DNA from: Campylobacterota bacterium
Lineage (GTDB): Bacteria > Campylobacterota > Campylobacteria > Campylobacterales > Arcobacteraceae
Length of the DNA stretch: 18,633 nucleotides
Reading direction: 5' to 3'
NCBI GenBank assembly: GCA_051746405.1
Contig: JBNJFB010000047.1
Location: 1-18,633, forward strand
The notes under the pieces are model-generated. The model ran no database searches. It saw only the letters and a list, made by a program, of their open reading frames with translations, and was not told the DNA's origin. Numbering within the stretch: position 1 is the stretch's first letter; every line of letters starts with the position of its first letter. The position numbers were made by a program, and so were the translations under genes. Positions 1 through 7,318 of the stretch are shown one piece after another.

Positions 1-187
1 AGGAATTGATTGTGGACCTATACAAATAGCTGCTGTTTATAGGGTGAACTCTATGATTATCCCAACTTCTTATGAAAATATAAACATAAGAAACCAATGG
101 AAAAATCCATTTGAAACAATTATTTATAAAGAAGAGGATAAAAAAACTATAACTTCAAAAGATATTTTAAAAAGATTTAAGTTATAA
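1..187 (+). CDS. 3' end of a probable glycosyltransferase family 9 (heptosyltransferase-like) protein, truncated by the window start
   Basis: Frame 2 is open from the window start to TAA at 185-187 and reads GIDCGPIQIAAVYRVNSMIIPT...KRFKL*. This resembles the GT9 G-x-D-S-G-P-x-H-x-A-A motif. Not in the ORF track because the start is outside the window. Confidence 0.55.
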   Translation, partial: GIDCGPIQIAAVYRVNSMIIPTSYENINIRNQWKNPFETIIYKEEDKKTITSKDILKRFKL

Positions 188-206
188 GAGTATCTCTCTT
201 ATAACT
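180..206. terminator. Hairpin between convergent genes, probable bidirectional terminator
   Basis: Perfect 11-bp inverted repeat AGTTATAAGAG-tatct-CTCTTATAACT. Each arm contains the stop codon of one convergent gene. Confidence 0.65.
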
Positions 207-987
207 CTATTTCTAAACCAATAGGACAGTGGTCACTTCCCATGATTTCATCACATATATAAGCATCTTTGATATTATCTTTTAAGTCATCACTTACATA
301 AAAATAGTCAATTCTCCATCCCACATTGTTTGCTCTTGCATTTGCTCTATATGTCCACCAAGTATATTTATCTTTGATATCACCATTTATATGTCTAAAT
401 GTATCAATATATCCATGGTCTAAAAACTTTGTTAGCCAATCTCTCTCCATAGGTAAGAAACCAGAAGTTTTCTCATTTGCTTTTGGTCTTGCAATATCTA
501 TTTGGGTATGAGCTGTATTTAAATCTCCACATACAATTATTGATTTCCCATCTTTCTTAAGCTTTTCACAATGCTCTAAAAATCTATCATAAAACTCCAT
601 CTTATAATCTAATCTCTCTTGTGAACTTTGTCCATTTGGGAAATATACATTGAAAAATGCAATATCTTTATCTCCTAAAGTGAAGTGAGCTTCATTTATT
701 CTTCCCTCATCAAGTACATCAACACTTGAACAAGTATCTAAAAAAGTTGTTTGTATATCTGTAAATAGTGCTGTTCCGCTTCTTCCTTTTATTGCTGATT
801 GTGAAGCTAAAAGTGTTTTGTACTCTCTTTGAAAAATTGTAGTTGGGATTTGTGATTTCATAGATTTTGTTTCTTGAATTCCAAGTATATCTATATTTGA
901 TTCATCAACCCATTTTAATGCTTTTTTTCTATCTACTGCTCTTACTCCATTTACATTCCAAGAGATAAATTTATAAGTTTTTGCCAT
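199..987 (-). CDS. xth: Exodeoxyribonuclease III / AP endonuclease (ExoA/Xth family)
   Basis: 262 aa with the motifs SWNVNG, QETK, NVYFPNG, CGDLNTAH, YTWW, GWRIDYF and GSDHCP. Confidence 0.96.
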   Translation of the reverse strand: MAKTYKFISWNVNGVRAVDRKKALKWVDESNIDILGIQETKSMKSQIPTTIFQREYKTLLASQSAIKGRSGTALFTDIQTTFLDTCSSVDVLDEGRINEAHFTLGDKDIAFFNVYFPNGQSSQERLDYKMEFYDRFLEHCEKLKKDGKSIIVCGDLNTAHTQIDIARPKANEKTSGFLPMERDWLTKFLDHGYIDTFRHINGDIKDKYTWWTYRANARANNVGWRIDYFYVSDDLKDNIKDAYICDEIMGSDHCPIGLEIEL

Positions 988-1216
988 TATTCTTTTCCTT
1001 TTTGATTAACTTTTTTGGTTCTTTTGGTTTTTTGGGTTTTTTTATACTAAAATCACTTAAAGAGTCTAGCTTCTTTGTATCAAATTTATTTTTCTTGTCT
1101 ATTAACTCTGTTGGTTTTCCGCCATGCATATCAATCTTTTTTGAGTTCTCTTCATTAAAAGAGTAGTTTGCAAAGGCTGTATTTATAATAAAAATTAAAA
1201 AGATAAATAGTTTCAT
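971..1216 (-). CDS. Small hypothetical secreted lysine-rich protein
   Basis: 81 aa. N-terminal signal-peptide pattern (MK, hydrophobic core, AFA). ATGA overlap with the upstream gene, 17-nt overlap with xth, and an AAGGA RBS upstream. Confidence 0.7.
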   Translation of the reverse strand: MKLFIFLIFIINTAFANYSFNEENSKKIDMHGGKPTELIDKKNKFDTKKLDSLSDFSIKKPKKPKEPKKLIKKEKNNGKNL

Positions 1217-1476
1217 TGATTTCCTTGTTTTTTTAATTTTCTTGCTTTAATATTTTTTGATATACCATATATGGTAATAGCTATCCAAAATACTTCAATA
1301 ATGAAAGAGCCTAAATTGAAGTGCACAAAAAGTGATATTAAAAGCAAAATAGCACCTGCTAAATTTAGTAATTGAAACTGTAGTGATTCGATATTGTATT
1401 TATTCATTTGAAGTAGTAAATAAGCAAAAACTACAAATGACATACCAACAAATCCTACCCAGTGAAATATATCCAA
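1213..1476 (-). CDS. Small 3-TM membrane protein (CBU_0592-like family)
   Basis: 87 aa with a TTG start and an AGGAGA RBS. Three hydrophobic segments with the pattern G.VG...VVFAYLLLQ...LLNLAGAILL...IEVFWIAI. Confidence 0.75.
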   Translation of the reverse strand: MDIFHWVGFVGMSFVVFAYLLLQMNKYNIESLQFQLLNLAGAILLLISLFVHFNLGSFIIEVFWIAITIYGISKNIKARKLKKQGNQ

Positions 1477-1584
1477 ACTTTTCTCCTACAAATAAATTTT
1501 GTAATATTAAGTACAAATTTTATCTTTTTTTTGATAAATAAGGCTTAATTAGATATTTTTAATTATTATATTTTAGGATTTTTA

Positions 1585-2298
1585 ATGACAGAGTTGATTT
1601 TAGGTTTAGTCACATTTTTTACTTCAACTATTGCAGGAGTTGTTGGGTTAGGTGGTGGTATGATGTTAATAGCAATTTTGCCATCTTTTTTACCCATAAA
1701 TGCTATTATACCTGTACATGGACTTACTCAAATGTCAAGCAATTTTAGTAGGGCAGTATTTGGATATAGAGATGTTCAGTATGAAGTTATACCAAAATTT
1801 TTATTGGGTTCTATTATAGGTATTGCACTTTTTGCTTCTATTTTATCTATAATATCTTTAGAGTATGTTCCTTTATTTATTGGAGCTTATATCTTACTTT
1901 CATTATGGTCTGTAAAGTTTAATGATAAGATAAAAAGATATGAAAACTACTACTTAGTTGGGTTTTTACAAACAGGTCTTTCAATTGTTGTAGGTGCAAC
2001 TGGACCTCTTACTATGACTCTTTTATTAAAAGATTATGGGCATAAAGATAAAGTGGTAGCTACGGGTGCTGCACTAATGAGTATTACACATATTCTAAAA
2101 GTATTTGTCTTTATCTATTTTGGTTTTGTATTTTTTGATTATATAGAAACTATTATTGCTATGATTATAGGTGCTATTTTAGGGTCTTGGGCTGGAGTAA
2201 AACTAAGAGATAAAATAGATGGTAAAAAGTTTGTAAAAATATTGAAAATTCTACTATCAGCTTTAGCAATAAAAGTAATAATTGATGTATTAATTTGA
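1585..2298 (+). CDS. Sulfite exporter TauE/SafE family membrane protein
   Basis: 237 aa, highly hydrophobic. N-terminal GVVGLGGGM motif, internal two-fold repeat (VGATGP) and GAILG..G..L segments. AGGA RBS. Confidence 0.85.
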   Translation: MTELILGLVTFFTSTIAGVVGLGGGMMLIAILPSFLPINAIIPVHGLTQMSSNFSRAVFGYRDVQYEVIPKFLLGSIIGIALFASILSIISLEYVPLFIGAYILLSLWSVKFNDKIKRYENYYLVGFLQTGLSIVVGATGPLTMTLLLKDYGHKDKVVATGAALMSITHILKVFVFIYFGFVFFDYIETIIAMIIGAILGSWAGVKLRDKIDGKKFVKILKILLSALAIKVIIDVLI

Positions 2299-2311
2299 TA
2301 TAATTTATCAA
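2295..2311 (+). promoter_or_regulatory. Extended -10 promoter overlapped by a palindromic operator-like site
   Basis: TGATATAAT (TGnTATAAT) at 2296-2304, about 27 nt upstream of the ATG at 2332. Inverted repeat TTGATA-taatt-TATCAA. Confidence 0.55.
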
Positions 2312-2331
2312 TTAATTAAAATGGAAAAAAA

Positions 2332-3372
2332 ATGGAAAATTTTTATGATGTATTAAAACAACTTATTAGAATCCCAAGTGTTGTGGGAGCAGAGCACTCT
2401 TTTTTTGTTTACTTAAAAAGAGAACTTGAAGAGCTTAATTTAGAAGTTGAGTTTTATGATGGTATTTTAGTTGCAAAAGGGGATAATCCAACAAGTGGTT
2501 ATATCTCAGCACATGCGGATAGACATGGACTTATTTGTACAGGACATAATGAGTTTCAATATGCTGCATTTATTACAAAAAATCAAGCAGATTTAAAAGG
2601 TAACTCAAACTCAGAGCAGATGCTAAAAAATTTTGAAATGAGATTTGTAAATCAAAAAGTACAAGCATATGAACCGTGGTCTGGCTCTTATTTAGGTTTA
2701 GGAGTTATTGAAGATGCATTTTTGTGTGAAAGAAGAAATAATATTATTTTTAAAGTAAAGGATTTAGAGTATCTATTACCTGGAACACCTATTGCATTTT
2801 TAGATAAGCTTACAATTGAAAATGATTTAGTATCTGCACAAATTGATAATGTACTAAGTGTAGCTATGATTTTACATATGTACTCTTTAGGTTATCAAGG
2901 TACTGCTTTTTTCACAGCATCAGAGGAAGCTGGAAAAAGTTGGAGGTTTTTACTTGAATACTTTAGAAGACATGATATTACTACCAAAGAGTTATTAGTA
3001 CTTGATACAAGTCCTTATTCTAATGTAGAGGATTTAAATCATCTAAACATAGTATTAAGAAATAGGGATGAAAATGCTTATTTTAGATCACCTCTAAAAA
3101 GTAAGATTAAAAAGATTGTATTAAAGAAAAAGATAAAGTATCATTATAAAGATGAGTTTATGAAAAATATGATGAAAAGAAATAATACAAAAACCTCTTT
3201 AGGTGTTACAGAGTTAGGAAGAATAATAAAAGCCAGTAAAGGAGCTATTCAGGGTACAACACTACAAGTACCAACTATTGGTTATCATACTGTTGAAGAG
3301 ACTACAACAAAAACTTCAATAGATAGTATGATTGCTATTTTAGAAGAGTTATATCTTAAAAGTGAGAGTTAG
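2332..3372 (+). CDS. M42/M20-clan dinuclear metallopeptidase
   Basis: 346 aa. IPSVVGAE N-terminus followed, in M42 order, by the metal-ligand motifs SAHADR, AQIDN, ASEEAG, VLDT and GYHT. Confidence 0.8.
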   Translation: MENFYDVLKQLIRIPSVVGAEHSFFVYLKRELEELNLEVEFYDGILVAKGDNPTSGYISAHADRHGLICTGHNEFQYAAFITKNQADLKGNSNSEQMLKNFEMRFVNQKVQAYEPWSGSYLGLGVIEDAFLCERRNNIIFKVKDLEYLLPGTPIAFLDKLTIENDLVSAQIDNVLSVAMILHMYSLGYQGTAFFTASEEAGKSWRFLLEYFRRHDITTKELLVLDTSPYSNVEDLNHLNIVLRNRDENAYFRSPLKSKIKKIVLKKKIKYHYKDEFMKNMMKRNNTKTSLGVTELGRIIKASKGAIQGTTLQVPTIGYHTVEETTTKTSIDSMIAILEELYLKSES

Positions 3373-3373
3373 T

Positions 3374-4345
3374 ATGAAAAATGAAAGTGGATTGATTTAT
3401 GCGTATGTTTTAAATAAACAAGGTGGAGCAGATGCTATATCTTTAGAGCAGGTTAAAACTATTAAAAAAGAAGAGTTAGTATGGCTTCACTTTGATTTTA
3501 CTAAAGAAGATAGTATAAACTGGATAAAAAATCATAGTTTTATTGATGAGGTTGCTATAAATGCTCTTTTGACACAAGAGACAAGACCAAGAACAATATT
3601 TTTGGATAACTCTATTTTAATGGCACTAAGAGCTATAAATTTTAATGTAAATCAAGAGCCTGAAGATATGGTTTCTTTAAGAGTTTTTATAAATGAAAAC
3701 TTGATTATTACAACCAAAAAAAGAGATTTACTCTCAATAAATGAAATGGCTAAAGAGTTAGAATCAAACAAAGGAGTTAAAAGCTCTTCTGATTTTTTGA
3801 TAACTTTAGTTGATAAAATTACTTCAAAAATGCAAGAGACTATAGATGAATTGCAAGATAGTAGTTTAAATCTTGAAGAGACTATTTTAAATGAAGAAAA
3901 ACAGGATATAAAGACTCAAATAGCTACCTTTAAAAAGGAGCTATTGGCTCTTAAAAGATATCTTTATCCCCAAAAAGATGCGATGACAAAGCTTGGTTTC
4001 AATTCCATTTCATGGCTTAGTGATTATGATAAAATAAAACTAAAAGAGGTAACAGACCATCTAATAAGATATATAGAAGAGATAGAAATATTAAAAGATA
4101 AATTAAATTTAATTCAAGAAGAGTTTACAAATAAACTAAATGAACAGATGAATTTAAGAATATATATTTTATCAATAATCTCAGCTATATTTTTACCCCT
4201 TGGTTTTTTTACAGGACTATTTGGTATCAATATAGCAGGAATGCCAGGAGTTGAGAATAAAAGTGCTTTTAATCTATTTGTTTTATCTTTAGTCTTAATT
4301 ACAGCTATTCAATTAACTATTTTCAAAAAGAAAAAATGGATTTGA
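3374..4345 (+). CDS. zntB: Zinc transporter ZntB (CorA superfamily)
   Basis: WLHFD, ETRPR and PEDMVSLR motifs, a long helical stalk, and two C-terminal TMs with FLPLGFFTGLFGINIAGMPG (GIN signature rather than the CorA GMN). ATG 3374 lies 1 nt after the upstream stop; the ORF track uses the alternative GTG at 3362. Confidence 0.85.
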   Translation: MKNESGLIYAYVLNKQGGADAISLEQVKTIKKEELVWLHFDFTKEDSINWIKNHSFIDEVAINALLTQETRPRTIFLDNSILMALRAINFNVNQEPEDMVSLRVFINENLIITTKKRDLLSINEMAKELESNKGVKSSSDFLITLVDKITSKMQETIDELQDSSLNLEETILNEEKQDIKTQIATFKKELLALKRYLYPQKDAMTKLGFNSISWLSDYDKIKLKEVTDHLIRYIEEIEILKDKLNLIQEEFTNKLNEQMNLRIYILSIISAIFLPLGFFTGLFGINIAGMPGVENKSAFNLFVLSLVLITAIQLTIFKKKKWI

Positions 4346-4369
4346 TTCAATAGACTATTCTATTGAATC
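4344..4369. terminator. Hairpin at the zntB / deacylase convergence
   Basis: Perfect 11-bp stem GATTCAATAGA-ctat-TCTATTGAATC. No strong U-tract on the + side; an interrupted A-rich run at 4325-4336 could serve the - strand. Confidence 0.55.
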
Positions 4370-5407
4370 TTCCATATTAAGCTCATTAAACTCACTTGTT
4401 TGAATTGCATCTTCACTAAAATATTCTATTTTATTTTCCGCTGTTTCTAGATTTTTAAATCTTCCTATATGAAATATTGCATCACCTTCATGAACTAAAG
4501 GTATCTGTGCTTTTCCTATAATTATCCCATCAAATGTAGCTTTTAAACTATGTGAAATATCTTCTAAGGGGTCATCTATATATGCAATCACCTCATCTTC
4601 TTTTACAGTATCTCCTAAAGCCTTGATAGTTCTTAATATACCACTTTGGCAAGCTCTTATCCAACTACTGCTTTTTGTAACTATAGGAAGTCTTCGAGCT
4701 TTTCTTTTTGTGGTTTGAGGAAGCATATCAATTTGTCTTAATACATTAATAATGCCTTTAACTCCTATTCTAATAGATGTTTCATCAAACCTCAAGGCCT
4801 CACCTGCTTCATAAAGTAAAATTGGAATACCTTTTTCTAAAGATACAGCACGAAGTGAACCATCTCTTAATTGTGAGTGTAAAACCACAGGTGCTTCAAA
4901 AGCTTTTGCAAGATTAAATGCAAACTCATCATCAATATCAGTTCTAATTTGAGGAAGATTTGACTTATGTACAGCTGCTGTATGTAAATCAATCCCAAAA
5001 TCACAAATACTAACAACTTCATCAAAAAAAAGATTTGCAACTCTACTTGCTAGGGAGCCTTTGTTTGAACCTGGAAAGCTTCTATTTAAATCCCTTCTAT
5101 CAGGAGTATATCTTGAAAGAGTCATAATTCCATATATATTTACAATGGGAACTAAAATCAAAGTACCTTTTAATCTTTTTAATATACTTAATTTTTTAAC
5201 TCTTCTAATTATTTCTATTCCATTTAATTCATCTCCATGAACACAAGCACTTACAAAAACTGTTGGACCATCTTTTTTACCTCTAAAAACATAAATAGGT
5301 AGATTTGCAGGAGTACTATATAGTTTTGGAAGTTTTATATCTATTTTTTTGAACTCACCTTTAAAGATTTTTTCATTAGCAATAACTAAAGGTTGTGACT
5401 TTGTCAT
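4355..5407 (-). CDS. Succinylglutamate desuccinylase/aspartoacylase (AstE/AspA, M14-like) family zinc hydrolase
   Basis: 350 aa with HGDELNG, DLNRSFPG, IDLHT and YEAG motifs, plus a C-terminal barrel-sandwich-like region (IRACQSG...ATFDGII). Confidence 0.9.
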   Translation of the reverse strand: MTKSQPLVIANEKIFKGEFKKIDIKLPKLYSTPANLPIYVFRGKKDGPTVFVSACVHGDELNGIEIIRRVKKLSILKRLKGTLILVPIVNIYGIMTLSRYTPDRRDLNRSFPGSNKGSLASRVANLFFDEVVSICDFGIDLHTAAVHKSNLPQIRTDIDDEFAFNLAKAFEAPVVLHSQLRDGSLRAVSLEKGIPILLYEAGEALRFDETSIRIGVKGIINVLRQIDMLPQTTKRKARRLPIVTKSSSWIRACQSGILRTIKALGDTVKEDEVIAYIDDPLEDISHSLKATFDGIIIGKAQIPLVHEGDAIFHIGRFKNLETAENKIEYFSEDAIQTSEFNELNMEDSIE

Positions 5408-6328
5408 TTATGCTCCAATTCTATCTTTTTTGATTTTTCTATTTGGTTCATTTGGTGTTACATTTCTTTGAATATAGTCCATTATTTTTGAAGCAATATC
5501 TATTTTTGTTGTTGTTTCAATTCCTTCTAATCCAGGTGATGAGTTTACTTCCATTACTAAAGGTCCTCTTTTTGATGGAATCATATCAACCCCACAAACA
5601 CCAAGACCCATTGCTTTTGCAGCTGCTAGAGCTGTTGTTTTTTCTTTTCTTGATAGTTTGTGTGCCACACCTGTACCACCTTGATGCAAGTTTGACCTAA
5701 AATCACCGTCTGCACCTTGTCTTTTCATAGCTCCTATAACTTCACCATCAACTATAAAAGCTCTAATATCTGCTCCATTTGCTTCTTCTATAAACTCTTG
5801 AACAAGGAGGTTTACATCCATTCCATAAAAGGCATCAAGTACAGATTTTGCAGCTTTTTCACTATCTACAAGTACTACTCCAACACCTTGAGTTCCTTCT
5901 AAAATCTTTAAAACTAAAGGTGCTCCACCACTTAAAGCTATCACATCTTTTGCATTTGATTTATTTGATGCAAAAACTGTTTTTGGCATATCAATACTAT
6001 TTTTTGAAAGTATTTGTAAACTTCTAAGTTTATCTCTACTTCTTTTTATAGCTAAACTTCCTGTAACTGTAAATACATCCATCATTTCAAAGTGTCTAAC
6101 CATAGCAGTACCATAAAAAGTTCTACTAGCCCCAATTCTTGGGATAATAGCATCAGGTACAGGTAACTGAACTCCTTGGTAGTTTATTCTTAGTTCACCT
6201 TTCATTATTTCTATACTACACTTTAAATAGTCTATTACTCTTACATCCCACTGTTTAGCTTTTGCTGCTTCAACTAACCTTTTTGTTGAGTACAAAGATG
6301 GATTTCTTGATAAAATATAAACTCTCAT
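5408..6328 (-). CDS. rimK: RimK-family ATP-grasp alpha-L-glutamate ligase
   Basis: 306 aa with ILSRNPSLYSTKRL, DAIIPRIGAS, RSRDKLRSLQ, EGTQGVGV, DFRSNLHQGG and EVNSSPGLEGIE, all characteristic of RimK. Confidence 0.95.
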   Translation of the reverse strand: MRVYILSRNPSLYSTKRLVEAAKAKQWDVRVIDYLKCSIEIMKGELRINYQGVQLPVPDAIIPRIGASRTFYGTAMVRHFEMMDVFTVTGSLAIKRSRDKLRSLQILSKNSIDMPKTVFASNKSNAKDVIALSGGAPLVLKILEGTQGVGVVLVDSEKAAKSVLDAFYGMDVNLLVQEFIEEANGADIRAFIVDGEVIGAMKRQGADGDFRSNLHQGGTGVAHKLSRKEKTTALAAAKAMGLGVCGVDMIPSKRGPLVMEVNSSPGLEGIETTTKIDIASKIMDYIQRNVTPNEPNRKIKKDRIGA

Positions 6329-6337
6329 TTTTTTGCC

Positions 6338-6384
6338 TTAATTCTTTATTTATTAACAATTATAATCTATAAAAAAAGAATTAA
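6338..6384 (-). promoter_or_regulatory. rimK promoter region enclosed by a 16-bp inverted repeat
   Basis: Minus-strand TATAAT at 6359-6364 lies in the 15-nt loop between TTAATTCTTTATTTAT (6338-6353) and ATAAAAAAAGAATTAA (6369-6384), 15/16 complementary. Confidence 0.45.
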
Positions 6385-6398
6385 ATATTAAAATAAAC

Positions 6399-7226
6399 TT
6401 AAAATTTAATTTGGCTTAAATAAGTATCTATTTTAGGGATATTGTCTTTTCTACAAACTAGACAAGTTGGGATATATGCAGTTTTTTTATCTAGTTTAAT
6501 AATCTTTAAATCTTCAGTAAAACCTAGTTTTTCAACTAAGTTTGTGGGAAGAAGTGTTTTTCCCATTCCTGCTTTTACACATGCTAGAATTGTTTCTAAA
6601 CTACCAAAAGATAAACTTTTTTTAATTGTTTCACCTTTTTTTTGGTAATAATCTTTTAGGAACTCATCATAAGCACACCCTTCTTTAAAAGATAAAATTA
6701 CATTTGGACTAGTTTCATGTTTTGCTTCAAGTATTGCTATTTCCTCTTCAAACTTTTGTAAAACCATAAGCTCATCATCTTGTGGTTCGCCACTAATAAA
6801 AGCAATATCAACTTCATAGTTTAAAATCATTTTAGTTACATACTTTGTGGTTCCTGTCAAAAGTTCAAGCTGTATTTTTGGATAATCCTCATGTAGTCTC
6901 ATAAGAAATGATGATATTCTAACTGCTGCATTACAGTCTGTTGAACCAACAACTAAGTTTTTTTGATATTGTAGATTTTGCATATCTAAAATAGCATTTT
7001 CTACTTTATGTACTATCTCAACAGCATGTTTATAAAGCTTTTTACCCTCATGGGTCAAAATAACTCCCCTTGGAACACGATAAAAAAGGGTAAAGCCTAT
7101 AGATTTTTCAAGTTGTTTTATTCTTGAAGTCACATTTGATTGGGCAAAACCTAGCTTTTTTGCTCCTTGGCTTATGCTGTTTTCTTTTGCTACTGCTACA
7201 AATACTTTTAATAAATTTGAATCCAT
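6399..7226 (-). CDS. LysR-family transcriptional regulator
   Basis: N-terminal HTH LKVFVAVAKENSISQGAKKLGFAQSNVTSRIKQLEKSIG..LFYR and a substrate-binding domain (VDIAF, VKAGMG). ATG at 7226 preferred over GTG at 7229 on RBS spacing. Confidence 0.95.
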   Translation of the reverse strand: MDSNLLKVFVAVAKENSISQGAKKLGFAQSNVTSRIKQLEKSIGFTLFYRVPRGVILTHEGKKLYKHAVEIVHKVENAILDMQNLQYQKNLVVGSTDCNAAVRISSFLMRLHEDYPKIQLELLTGTTKYVTKMILNYEVDIAFISGEPQDDELMVLQKFEEEIAILEAKHETSPNVILSFKEGCAYDEFLKDYYQKKGETIKKSLSFGSLETILACVKAGMGKTLLPTNLVEKLGFTEDLKIIKLDKKTAYIPTCLVCRKDNIPKIDTYLSQIKF

Positions 7227-7237
7227 CACTTTTCCTT

Positions 7238-7291
7238 ATATCATCTATCATGATTTTATATTTGACAAGATATCATTTTTAGTGATATTAT
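7238..7291. promoter_or_regulatory. Divergent lysR/MFS control region: two LysR-type boxes and a sigma70 promoter
   Basis: ATATCA-N7-TGATTT (7238-7256) and ATATCA-N7-TGATAT (7270-7288), both fitting T-N11-A. TTGACA (7262-7267), 18-nt spacer and TGnTATTAT (-10 at 7286-7291) on the + strand. Confidence 0.7.
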
Positions 7292-7318
7292 ACAAAAAAA
7301 TAATTAAGGGTAAAAGTT

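Noticed and set aside
326..1166. + strand ORFs 326-511 and 981-1166
   Set aside because: Antisense shadows of xth and the lysine-rich ORF. Their Phe-rich composition mirrors the Lys codons opposite, and they carry no recognisable motif.
1519..1538. TTTATC-T8-GATAAA and other A/T homopolymers (e.g. 12437-12452) as phase-variation tracts
   Set aside because: A/T runs of 7-9 nt are expected at this base composition. No long poly-G/C tract typical of Campylobacterota contingency loci was seen.
5443..6648. + strand ORFs 5443-5700, 5717-5902 and 6442-6648
   Set aside because: Short and wholly antisense to the well-supported rimK and lysR genes.
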